Under the pieces are notes generated by a model that had not been told where the DNA came from, did not search any database, and saw only the letters and a list, made by a program, of their open reading frames with translations. A stretch of 63,974 nt of DNA, filler included, from Octopus bimaculoides (Eukaryota), in assembly GCF_001194135.2 (NCBI RefSeq). It is 4 parts of 4 records of this genome, joined end to end, with 100 filler letters (N's around TTAATTAATTAA, not from the genome) between each part and the next. Parts side by side here need not be neighbours in the genome. Positions count along the whole stretch, not along the records: positions 40,473 to 51,990 come from NC_068990.1; positions 52,091 to 63,974 come from NC_068997.1; 2 more parts are not named here. One strand, given 5' to 3'. Position numbers and translations under genes: made by a program. Of the stretch, positions 47,381 to 59,314 are shown piece after piece. Each line of letters begins with the position of its first letter. The first letter of the stretch is position 1.

Positions 47381-50300
47381 AGAAAAAACATTTTCTAACA
47401 GAAAAGTATGCTATTAATATGAATTATTGTGTACATAACTTCTTAAAATCACTGTGGATAAATGCCAGCAATGACCTTCTCAGGTTCTCCAATATTTTAA
47501 TTTCAGAAGCAATCAGGGGCAGGATTGCAAAAGAATTATAATTTCTCAAATTTTCTTTTTTATAGCATATAAATGTATTTATGGGGGGAAAAAATATTGA
47601 AAACATCAATACATGTGAGAGTGAGAAAGAAATGAGGAAGGTTGTCTTTGGATGTGTTAGAAGCAACAGCCAAATCACCCTTAAATCACTCACTTTTCCC
47701 TCTGAAAATATTAACAATCTTTTTTTTTTTTACTGTAAATGCNNNNNNNNNNNNNNNNNNNNNNNNNNNNNNNNNNNNNNNNNNNNNNNNNNNNNNNNCA
47801 ACATTTCGAAGGCTGTGGTTAAAAAAAAAAAACAGCAAAAATCCCTGAAAAAATTTTCCCCACAAATTTCTTTATAATCATAGTCTATGCCATTTGAAAG
47901 GGATTTGTATAAATTTTCATTAAAAGATACTCATTTTCCTGAAATTTATGAGGGCAAAAAGTTAGATTGTGTGAATTTTCTGAAACTCCTCTCTCCACCC
48001 CCTTAGAAAAATTCTTTCCCATAACTCCCTATATCCTCTGAAGCCACAACATATAAGTGCTATTTGTAGAAAATTTTGTTAAAAAGTATCCATTTTTCTG
48101 GATGTTATGAGGCAACAAAATCAGGGGTTGGTATACATCTGTAGTAATGCCTTTTTATTTATATGATTTTTTCATTTCATGTTTACTTCATTAATCGTTT
48201 GTAATGTTCTCTCTCCCTCCCTCTCTCTCCCTCCCTCTCTCTCTCTCACACACACACTGCAAAGCTTACAGATGGGCTACTGAATTGATATCTCTATGTT
48301 GTTTTGAGGGGAAGGTAAAACTTGAGAAACTGCTTCTCCCTCCATTGTTGGACTACCATGGTGTTTGTTTAAAAAGAGAGATTATGACTGATAAAATAAT
48401 GAAAGCAATATTTACTAAGCAAGTAAGCACTGTTGTACAAAGAAATAATTAGACATAAAATATCATACAAATTATTAGAATTGGGAATCAAATGTGAAAA
48501 TATTATCAAGTGACTAGCAGAAAACCACCTGGAGGGCAGTCTCATAAGTCTGCTAGTGCTTATAAAGGTCCAATAATGTTTGTTTTTTTTTAGAGCGTAT
48601 TTCAAAACAACTTAGAAATTTTTTAATCACTGGTGTTGTATTTATTTCCAACATGTTTTGTTAGAAAAAAAGATTTGCTCTACAGAGGGGTAGAAAAGTG
48701 ACTGCATTTTATTGACTTTACTTAAAGGTTTCAATTTTGTTAAAGCCAAGTTAATTTTATATTAAAACAGAATGTTTAATTTTTAAGCAATATACTTTAT
48801 ATTACATGTTTCATGCCCAGAATCGTTGAAGCATGGAATAAACTAACTTTGTCAATTGTTAGTTATCAGGGTGCTGCTTCTTTTAAAAATTCCATGCTTC
48901 CTGAAATTCACCAGTACTACACCTGGCATGTATATACATCCTTTCCTCTTTTCTTTTATCGCTTACTTGTTTGAGTCATTGGACTGAGGCCATACCGGTG
49001 CACCACTTTGAAAGATTTTATTCAAACAAATCAAACCCAGGGCTTATTTTTATGTCTGTTACATATTCTGTTGGTCTCTTTTGCCAAACCACAAAGATAA
49101 GTTGAGGTAAACAAACCAACATCAGTCGTCAGGTGGTTGGAGGGGCAGTTACAAACCCAAAGACACATTCACACACACATATGTAGAAATATATACGTGT
49201 ATGTGTGTGTGCATATATCATCACCATCATCATTTAATGTCCATTTTCCATGCTGGCATGGGTTGGGTGGTTTGACCAGAGCTAGCAAACCAGAGTGCTA
49301 CACCAGGTTCCACTTTGATTTAACTTGGTTTCTATGGCTGGATGCCCTTCCTAAAGCCAGCCACTTTACAGTGTGTGCTAGTATGAGTGCTTTTATGTGT
49401 GTATATGTGTGTGTGTGAGTGTGTGTGTATGCGCAACAGGCTTCTTTCAATTTCCATCTACTAAATTCATTTACAAGACTTTGGTTAGCTCAGAGTTATT
49501 TATTTTCCTGTTAATTTTACATTAAGTCAGTTCATGGTTTACTCATAAAATGATCGTAGAAATGTTAAGAGGTATTAAAAATTCTAAAGAAAATAAACTG
49601 AGACTGTAATGTATAGCCATGACTAAAATTTGACTACTTGATATAAACAATGATTCATGTCAGAATATAGCAAAGAATGTCATGTCTTAAATTAGTCTTA
49701 CTAATCAGTCATTAGTTTTTTGCTTAAGTAAAATAGTTTTGGCATTTTAGTTCTTTAAAGTAATTTCTTGCAAGTTATCTTTGATATAAATCTTCATACT
49801 TTGCCTTGTAGAATTTGTTTCCAATATTTCAGCATGAAAGTTAACTTGATATTTAGGATAGCAATAAGGCGGCAAAATAGCAGAATCATTAGCATGCCAT
49901 GCAAGATGTTTAGCAGTATTTTGTCTGTCTTTATGTTCTGAGTTCAAATTCTGCTGAGGTCAGTTTTGCCTTTTATCCTTTTGGAGTCGATAAAATAAGT
50001 ACCAGTTGCGTATTGAGGTTCAGGTAATAGGCGGCAAACTGGCAGAATCGTTAGCACGTCGGGCAAGATGCATAGTGGTATTTTGTGTCTTTATGTTCTG
50101 AGTTCAAATTCCGCCAAGGTCGACTTTGCCTTTCATCCTTTCGGGGTCGATAAATTAAGTATAGGGTGGCAAGCTGGCCGAATCTTTAGCACGCTGGATG
50201 AAGTGCTTAGTGGTACTCCACCTGTCACTACGTTCTGAGATCAAATTCCACCGAGGTCAACTTTGCCTTTCATCCTTTCGGGGTTGGTAAAATAAGTACC

Positions 50301-50963
50301 AGTGAAACACGGGGGATCGCTGTAATCGACTGGTCCCCTCCCCCAAAATTTCAGGCCTTGTGCCTATAGTAGAAAGTTGTTGATGTAATTGACTTAGCTG
50401 CTCCCTCAAACTTGCTGGCCTTGTGTCAAAATTTAAAATTGATATTTAGGATAGCAGTAATTGGCTCTTCGTTGTAACTGTTGAGGGTTTGCAAATATTA
50501 TGTGAGTGGTTATCTTATACTTGTTTCACTTGTTAGACTGTGGCCATGCTGGTGCACTGCCTTGAAGGATTTACTTAAACAAATCGACCCCAATACATAT
50601 TTTTAAGTCTTGTACTTGTTCTATTAGTATCTTTTGCAGATGCTTATGTTCTATGTGGGTATATATGATGAGCTACTTTCAGTTTCCATCTACTAAATTC
50701 ACTGACGAGGCTTTGGTCAACTTGGGGCTATAATTGAAGACACTAGTCTAAGATGCTGCACATTTAGATTGAACTTGAGACCACATAGTTGGAAGCAAGC
50801 TTCACAACCACACAACCATGCCTGTACCTAAACAAGTACCAGCCACTGGATGTTGAAACCCAAGAGTGAAATTTAAATTATCCTGAGCTTAACCTATTAC
50901 ACATTACCTCTTTTTACCGTTCTCATTTATATAAGAATTAACCAGTGGGTTTATTTATTTTAG

Positions 50964-51083
50964 GCACTGGTTGATCCAAGAATTGAGATTATGAAGTCAA
51001 AAATTGACAGTATTATCCATGAAGATACAAAATATCAAAAAGGTGTTCTTAATATGAAAACTCAGAAGTGTTTTGCTGTAAAG
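50964..51083 (+). CDS. MSH4: MSH4 exon; the 3' exons (ATPase domain) are not in the window
   Basis: ttatttattttag|GCA CTG GTT...GTA AAG|gtaaat; ALVDPRIEIMKSKIDSIIHEDTKYQKGVLNMKTQKCFAVK (cf. KGCLNMRTQKCYAVR). Confidence 0.95.
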
Positions 51084-51430
51084 GTAAATAATTTCATAAT
51101 GACTATATAATTTCCCTAATTTTCTAATAAATCATCATCCTTTTAACATGGTCTTTTCCATGCTTGCATAGGGTGAATGAAGTTCTTTGGAGCAGATTTT
51201 ATGTGGCTGGATGCCCTTCCTGTCATCAACCTTCATTTTGTTTCCAAGGAACATAATAGTTCCTCTTGACTGGACATGTTTTCATGGAAAATTGGAAAAG
51301 AATGATACAACTTGTATGATGGTATCACTCATTTACATTCATCACATCATGTCAAGACAAGGAGACACACACTCATCCATATACAAATGCATACATACAC
51401 ACATACATACATTCACATACATACATACAC

Positions 51431-51463
<33 letters not shown>

Positions 51464-51525
51464 CATACATTCACATACATGTGTGCACACACACATGCAC
51501 AGACAGATAGACAGACAGACAGACA

Positions 51526-51564
<39 letters not shown>

Positions 51565-51675
51565 ATTTAAACAACAAAAAAATGTTATTATTTTTTTGCG
51601 CATTATTTCCATTGTTTTGACTTAATAACTAAGCAGTCATGTTTGCCAACCACTCCGAGAATGTAGTAAAAGCAC

Positions 51676-51990
51676 CGGATCTATTTTAAAACGGGGGCCA
51701 CATTTTTCATTAATGTTTTACGTAGTGTTTTTGGTACGGAAAGACTTTCAAACCTCGTATACTTATCTATTTTGTGTTATAGAACAGAAAAATATTTTTG
51801 TATTCGAATTTATTTCATGTAAAAAATTGTCTTATTTCGATAATTTCAACCAATCACTGACAAGTATTCAGTTGTTTACATTTACTCCTTTGGTTGATTA
51901 AGCGATGTAAAGCGTATTTAATCTCCATACCTTCGTTTTATTTGCATTTTTCATTTTAAATTTGCTTTAACCCTAACCCTAACCCTAACC
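51676..51990. mobile_element. Second copy of the (CCCTAA)n-carrying repeat; runs into the scaffold spacer
   Basis: Same 5' body as 19606-19800, then taaccctaaccctaaccctaacc at 51968-51990. Confidence 0.75.
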
Positions 51991-52090
51991 NNNNNNNNNN
52001 NNNNNNNNNNNNNNNNNNNNNNNNNNNNNNNNNNTTAATTAATTAANNNNNNNNNNNNNNNNNNNNNNNNNNNNNNNNNNNNNNNNNNNN
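51991..52090. other. Artificial scaffold-joining spacer
   Basis: Same 44 N + TTAATTAATTAA + 44 N structure. Confidence 0.95.
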
Positions 52091-52461
52091 GTGGTGGTGG
52101 TGGTGGTGGTGGTGGTGGTGGTGGTGGTGTTGGTGGTGGTGGTGGTGTTGGTGAAGACAATAGTGATGGTGATGACGACGATGACGACAGCAAACGCGAT
52201 GAGATGGATATGGTGAATATAAAAAGATGGTAAGCAGTTGATGACGAGAGTGGTGACGGGAACCATAGTGGTGGTGGTGGTGAGTGTTGTGGTAACGAAG
52301 AAGAAGAAGAAGAAGAAGAAGAAGAAGAAGAAGAAGAAGAAGAAGAACAACAACAACAACAACAACAACAAGGACAAGAACAAGAAAAAGAAGAACAACA
52401 AGGACAAGAAGAAGAAGAAGAAGAAGAAGAAGAAGAAGAAGAAGAAGAAGAAGAAGAAGAA

Positions 52462-52506
<45 letters not shown>

Positions 52507-52606
52507 GATGATGATAATGGTGATTTTGATGATGATGTTGACGCTGACAAATACGAGCTGAATGTGGCGATGACTATGATGATGCAAATTGTTGTTGTTG
52601 TTGTTG

Positions 52607-52652
<46 letters not shown>

Positions 52653-52745
52653 GAGGAGGAGGAAGAGAAGTAAGAGGAGGAAGAGGGGTGGAAGAAGTGG
52701 AAAAGAGGAGGAGGAAAAAAGGAAAATGTTGAGGAGGTGGCGGCG
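52091..52745. repeat. Patchwork of trinucleotide microsatellites (GGT, GAT, GAA, CAA, GTT, ATT, GAG)
   Basis: Seen directly. Confidence 0.95.
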
Positions 52746-53380
52746 ATGGAGGTGGACTTAGCAGGTGTGGCAATCTGGCAATATTCGTATCTAGGTCGGT
52801 AGATTGGCGGAGTCGATAAATCACCGCAGAAATTATCTTGAATCATTTAGTTGAGTCTCTTTGTGTTCTGAGTTCAAATCCCGCAACTGNNNNNNNNNNN
52901 NNNNNNNNNNNNNNNNNNNNNNNNNNNNNNNNNNNNNNNNNNNNNNNNNNNNNNNNNNNNNNNNNNNNNNNNNNNNNNNNNNNNNNNNNNNNNNNNNNNN
53001 NNNNNNNNNNNNNNNNNNNNNNNNNNNNNNNNNNNNNNNNNNNNNNNNNNNNNNNNNNNNNNNNNNNNNNNNNNNNNNNNNNNNNNNNNNNNNNNNNNNN
53101 NNNNNNNNNNNNNNNNNNNNNNNNNNNNNNNNNNNNNNNNNNNNNNNNNNNNNNNNNNNNNNNNNNNNNNNNNNNNNNNNNNNNNNNNNNNNNNNNNNNN
53201 NNNNNNNNNNNNNNNNNNNNNNNNNNNNNNNNNNNNNNNNNNNNNNNNNNNNNNNNNNNNNNNNNNNNNNNNNNNNNNNNNNNNNNNNNNNNNNNNNNNN
53301 NNNNNNNNNNNNNNNNNNNNNNNNNNNNNNNNNNNNNNNNNNNNNNNNNNNACCAAATAATAATAATAATAATAATTATA

Positions 53381-53945
53381 AATGCCCGGATGCAGTACCA
53401 AGCAGTGGCTCTCATGGCTTCTTATCATAACTGATTGGAAGTGTTATCATTTACATTGTTTTGTCTTGGTATAAAAGATGGGCTATAGCAAATATTCTGC
53501 TCAGTACCACAGATTTTCTTGCCAGTTTTTTTTACCTTAACCAGTTGAGCATGTCCCTTGGTGGCTGATGATATGTGCACTTCTGATCACGAGCAGAAGT
53601 AGTGGGGGAGGATCATAGCCATGTGTTGAAAGGAATTCTTTGAAGTTCGAATAATTCACCTCTGGAAACATGGATGTTTCGTTCAACATCCTTAGATAAC
53701 TCTTATGCAGGGACATTTTGAGCGCGATGGGCTACTCGACCTGAAGAAAATTCTAACTGGGCCCCACCTTCATGTTCATGTGCTGTTATCTTGATATGAG
53801 ATCACCATATCACGCACATATGATTGTGATGCATGTGCCTGGTGTACCCTTATCAGACGGGTAGTCATGATGGGTATACTGGGCTTCTTATATTTATACC
53901 CAGTATCACTTCGATGACATGCGCTGGTCTCTCACTCACTCACTC
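53381..53945. mobile_element. About 565-bp non-coding element bounded by (AAT)n on both sides (probable non-autonomous repeat)
   Basis: Balanced-composition block sharply delimited by AAT arrays, with no ORF; only one copy in the window. Confidence 0.45.
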
Positions 53946-54010
<65 letters not shown>

Positions 54011-54017
54011 TAATAAT

Positions 54018-54186
54018 TTTCTGTATAACATACAGAAAATTGCACTACTGGGCACTGCATACATCCTACGCAAAACACTTTCAATACAGTAACAATAAGA
54101 GCATCACAGCAAACCACAGCACATACCCAAGGCACACAGAGCTGCGCTCGGTAGCGAAGTGAAAGCGCGTTATAAAAATAAAACTA

Positions 54187-54190
<4 letters not shown>
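54018..54190 (+). mobile_element. Short 3' end of the same R4/Dong-type family, between two (AAT)n arrays
   Basis: NIQKIALLGTAYILRKTLSIQ* plus 3' UTR; (AAT)n at 53946-54017 and 54191-54270. Confidence 0.8.
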
Positions 54191-54271
<81 letters not shown>

Positions 54272-54502
54272 GCAATAGCTGTCGTCGTTGTAGTTAATAT
54301 CCACCGTTGGACCACAATAATATCCAGAAAGAACAATAGGACAGTGAAACAAACAACATCGAAACACGAAGAAATGAAACTGTTTATGTATTCAAGGATG
54401 TTAACAAACACAAAACCGGAAACAGAAATAATAGATGGTTATGGAGAAGAAGAAGAAATGAGAAAGAATAACAGAAATTGTGAAGAAGTCTAATGTTTAA
54501 AC

Positions 54503-54772
54503 CAGTGGTCTCAACCGGAGTCAATATGGCCCTTGGGGTGTCCATATGGCCCTTCGAGGTTTATATAAAATTTTGTTATTAAAATTCATGTGCAATGAAT
54601 TAATTCTAGAATACACAAAATGTTTGAATCTTTTTAATACAGTTCCTTACAATATTCAATTATAAAAATAAAGTAGGATTTTTTAATATATACATTGAAT
54701 GGCAATTGAGATCTAGGTGAAGAAAATAGGATTGAAAGGGGTCCGTAGGCAGAAAATGGTTGAGAATCAGTG
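54503..54772. mobile_element. hAT-type (Charlie/MER5-like) MITE
   Basis: TIRs CAGTGGTCTCAACC ... GGTTGAGAATCAGTG; 8-bp flanks gtttaaac / ctttaaag (6 of 8 identical, NTTTAAAN). Confidence 0.7.
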
Positions 54773-56144
54773 CTTTAAAGCAAAAATGGTGCAACGGGAC
54801 TGCAAGATGCCGTGGTAAAGAAATAACAAGATAAGCCGCGATATTGTCAATTCTTGAAGAAGCTGAACAGAGGAGAAATAGTCAAAAGAATAGTCAAAAC
54901 ACTGGTTGAGATGAGCAAGATTCAAAGAGGGAACAAATTGGTTCTCGACTGCAACACAAGATTCAAGCTTCTCACCAGAAATCAACAAACAATAACTTGC
55001 GAGGTAGATTCACTAAAGAATATTAAAGGCGACGAGCTGGCAGAAACGTTAGCACGCCGGGCGAAATGCTTAGCGGTATTTCATCTGCCACTACGTTCTG
55101 AGTTCAAATTCCGCCGAGGTCGATTTTGCCTTTCATCCTTTCGGGGTCGATTAAATAAGCACCAGTTACTCCCTGGGGTCGATCTAATCGACTTAATCCC
55201 TTTGTCTGTCCTTGTTTGTCCCCTCTGTGTTTAGCCCCTTGTGGGCAATAAAGAAATAAGAAACGTTAGCACACCGGACGTAATGCTTAGCGGTATTTCG
55301 TCTGCCTCGGCGGAATTTGAACTCAGAACGTAAAAACGGACGAAATATTGCTAAGCATTTCGCCCAGCGTGCTAACGTTTCTGCCAGCTCGCCGCCTCGG
55401 AAGAAATTAACATTTGCGACACGTTGAGGCTAGAATAAGATTTCCTATCATTGCACTGTCTGCAAGAAACGAGGAACGATCGCGAGTGTATAACTGGAAC
55501 ATCTTAAAGAATAACTCTGAAGAAATCAAGAACCAAACAACACAACGACAACAAAAACAGCAACAACAGCGAAAACTAGAACAGAGCTACGAATATTAAA
55601 ACGTTGGATTTGTCCAAAGCTTTTTTGTTTTTTGGGGGCTTTTTTTTTTGCGTTTTCTGTGTAAAAAGGGTTGGCTTGTTGCCAATGCATTGACACGCTG
55701 TGTCGCAGTGATGTTCACAGGAGAGATGACCAGGTATAACACAATACTTCCACTGGCATTTTGTCAGCAATTATGCGAAGGAGACCGATGATAAATGGCA
55801 GAAGGCATATTAAATGGAGATAAACCGCTCATTGAAAGAGTCTAACAGTAGAAAAAGATAGTGTACCAATACTGGAGGGAATGGTTACGGCTAACTAATC
55901 TAAAGTAGTCATTAGAGATTAAATACACTCTCAAAAAATAAATAAATGAATAAATAAAGATGCGGTTTAATTGATGAGTTAATTAGTTCAGGTTGGCTCT
56001 TTGAAGTGTTGGAATCGGTTAAAATTACTAATTAAAGCAATTTGATAATTGTTTTTTTTTTTTGCTTTTTGTTTTGATTTTGTTTTTGTTTTTGCTTTTT
56101 TTTTGTCCTTTTAAGCCAATAGTATTTCATCTGTCGTCTCCTTT

Positions 56145-56562
56145 TGTATCACCATCATCATCATCATCATCATTATCATCATCTCTGTCTCCTCATACGC
56201 GGTTACCTCGATCATCATCACCATCATCATTCTCGGCGTCGTCGTCGTCGTTGTGGTTGTCATCAACATCGATATCATCCTCATCTTCGTCGTCATTGTC
56301 ATCATCATCATCATCATCATCACCATCACACAACTGCTCACGATCATCATCATTATTATTAGTGTCGTCGTCGTCGTCGTAAAAGTCGTCATTGTTGTCG
56401 TTATCATCATCATCATCATCATCCCATCACCACCACCATCACCATCATCATCACTACATCGTTATCATCACCATCATCATCACATTTTAATCATCATCAT
56501 CATCATCATCATCATTATCATCATCATTCATCATCACATTTTCACTATATCGTCATCATCAC

Positions 56563-56612
<50 letters not shown>

Positions 56613-56644
56613 CCACCACCACCACCACCACCACCACCACCACT

Positions 56645-56680
<36 letters not shown>

Positions 56681-57059
56681 TTCGTCATCATTATCTTCCT
56701 CATCATCACCGTCATCATCATCATCGTCATCATCATCACCGCCGCCATCACTATTAATATCCCCACCTTCATTGCTATTACAAGCAAAATCACAATCAGC
56801 CCCACCTCCCACCTCATCATGGTTCTTGTTCCAAGCATCATCACCATCCCAATCATTATCACCGACACCAAAGCTTATCAACACCCCCGTCGCCGCCACC
56901 ATACCCAACACCACCACCACCAGCATCACCATTCCTAACAACTTCTGTTCCTACCACCACCACCACCACCATCACGCCGCCCCCGCCGCCACCACCACCA
57001 CCATCACTATCACCACCACCGGCACAACCACAGCCTCTACCAGCAGCAGCAGCACCACC
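56145..57059. repeat. Patchwork of (CAT)n/(CAC)n/(CGT)n microsatellites
   Basis: Seen directly; the source of homopolymer ORFs in the track. Confidence 0.95.
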
Positions 57060-57900
57060 NNNNNNNNNNNNNNNNNNNNNNNNNNNNNNNNNNNNNNNNN
57101 NNNNNNNNNNNNNNNNNNNNNNNNNNNNNNNNNNNNNNNNNNNNNNNNNNNNNNNNNNNNNNNNNNNNNNNNNNNNNNNNNNNNNNNNNNNNNNNNNNNN
57201 NNNNNNNNNNNNNNNNNNNNNNNNNNNNNNNNNNNNNNNNNNNNNNNNNNNNNNNNNNNNNNNNNNNNNNNNNNNNNNNNNNNNNNNNNNNNNNNNNNNN
57301 NNNNNNNNNNNNNNNNNNNNNNNNNNNNNNNNNNNNNNNNNNNNNNNNNNNNNNNNNNNNNNNNNNNNNNNNNNNNNNNNNNNNNNNNNNNNNNNNNNNN
57401 NNNNNNNNNNNNNNNNNNNNNNNNNNNNNNNNNNNNNNNNNNNNNNNNNNNNNNNNNNNNNNNNNNNNNNNNNNNNNNNNNNNNNNNNNNNNNNNNNNNN
57501 NNNNNNNNNNNNNNNNNNNNNNNNNNNNNNNNNNNNNNNNNNNNNNNNNNNNNNNNNNNNNNNNNNNNNNNNNNNNNNNNNNNNNNNNNNNNNNNNNNNN
57601 NNNNNNNNNNNNNNNNNNNNNNNNNNNNNNNNNNNNNNNNNNNNNNNNNNNNNNNNNNNNNNNNNNNNNNNNNNNNNNNNNNNNNNNNNNNNNNNNNNNN
57701 NNNNNNNNNNNNNNNNNNNNNNNNNNNNNNNNNNNNNNNNNNNNNNNNNNNNNNNNNNNNNNNNNNNNNNNNNNNNNNNNNNNNNNNNNNNNNNNNNNNN
57801 NNNNNNNNNNNNNNNNNNNNNNNNNNNNNNNNNNNNNNNNNNNNNNNNNNNNNNNNNNNNNNNNNNNNNATTATTATTATTATTATTATTATTATTATTG

Positions 57901-58103
57901 TTCAGTAGTTTTATTTTTATAACGTGCTTTCACTTCACTACCGAGCACAGCTCTGTGCGCCTTGGGTATGTGCTGTGGTTTGCTGTGATGCTCTTATGGT
58001 TACTGTATTGAAAGTGTTTGCGTAGGATGTGTGCAGTGCCCAGTAGTGCAATTTTCTGTATGTTATATATATTTGTAAGTCCTGGTGTTTTTGTTATGTA
58101 TTT
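57901..58103 (-). mobile_element. Short 3' end of a second R4/Dong-type family, between two (ATT)n arrays
   Basis: Encodes ..PGLTNIYNIQKIALLGTAHILRK, followed by a 3' UTR; reverse-complement near-identical to 54018-54190. Confidence 0.8.
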
Positions 58104-58111
58104 TATTATTA

Positions 58112-58146
<35 letters not shown>

Positions 58147-58196
58147 GTTATTATTATTACTATTATTATTATTATCATTATTATTATTATTATTAT

Positions 58197-59203
58197 AGTA
58201 GACGTCGCATAGTATACAATATTGTGAGGTTGTTGATTGAAGATATTGTGTCTACCGGGGGTTTGTACTGTTTATCAAGTCACAACAAAGACCTCAGAAA
58301 AACGGTATTTTATGCAGTATGCGTGCAGTTTCAAGTAATCCCGACTCTTGCAATACACGTAGATTGTTTGTAGGGTATTTCTAAAGTTTCCAGAAGCTTT
58401 TTCAGATTGGGTGGTATTGAACCCAATGCTCCGATGACAAAAGGGATAACCTTTATGTTTGATTCTCGTAGCTGTCACATTTTAGCGATCTCAGTTCTCA
58501 GGTCTTCATATTTATCAGCCTTTTCTCTTTCTTTCATGATGATATGTTGGTCTCCTGTCACTGCCATGTCAATCATTATGGCACTCTTGTTTGTCCTTCG
58601 AAAAGGTTACTATATCCAGCCTTCGGTGCTCTAATACCTTGTCTGTCTGGAGGCCAAAGTCCCAGAGGATCTCTGCCTTCTCCTTTTCGTCCATTACTTT
58701 TCCGGTTTATGTTGGTACCAAGCACCCGTAACCTCATATCCATACTTATGGCATAGTAGCCAGTGGAAGTTTTAGGCTACCTTGTCGTGTCTACGCTTGT
58801 ACTCTTTCTGCGCAAGACTTTCACAAGCACTAACTTTCGCCCCTCTTCCCACACGTTCTGCAGAAGTCCTTTGCACTTGTGTGGTATATATTCTTTTTCA
58901 CCGAGTTGGTATTAAATGCCTGGTCCTAGGCCGCGATGATTAGGCTTTCAGTATTCCTTTTTAGATCACCCTTGTTAAGCCACCTCCATGATGCTTCCTG
59001 GTCTTTTAATTTATTGGTTTCATGGTGGAACTGGCCATGTAATTCCATGCGGAGTAGAGTTTCTTCTCTCTCGTTGGCTGTTCTTGATAGAAATTCATGA
59101 GCACTCTCAACTCCATTTTTGTTAAATCCTTCTGCATTAGCAGCATACTGTAACAAGTCTTCTTTGCTGTTTACCAAATATTCTGCTGTTTTTTCTTTCA
59201 CTG
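58197..59203 (-). mobile_element. 5'-truncated R4/Dong/Rex6-type non-LTR retrotransposon (RLE endonuclease region), with (TAA)n tail
   Basis: MELHGQFHHE..SWRWLNKGDLKRNTESLIIAA*DQAFNT..CRTCG..YKRRHDKVA..RLDIV..IDMAVTGD..EKADKYEDL..VIPFVIGALG..LQESGLLETARIL; disrupted by stops. Confidence 0.85.
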
Positions 59204-59276
59204 TTGATGCCCTCCCGTACGCTAATCAGCCCACGTCCAAACACGCGCACACACACACACACACACACACATATAT

Positions 59277-59314
<38 letters not shown>

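Noticed and set aside
51968-51990. True telomere at the segment end
   Set aside because: Only about 4 units, attached to a dispersed repeat with a second internal copy, and located inside an MSH4 intron.
56253-57908. 551-aa ORF and the many other long ORFs in the track
   Set aside because: They consist of microsatellite translations and N runs (X), with no domain content.
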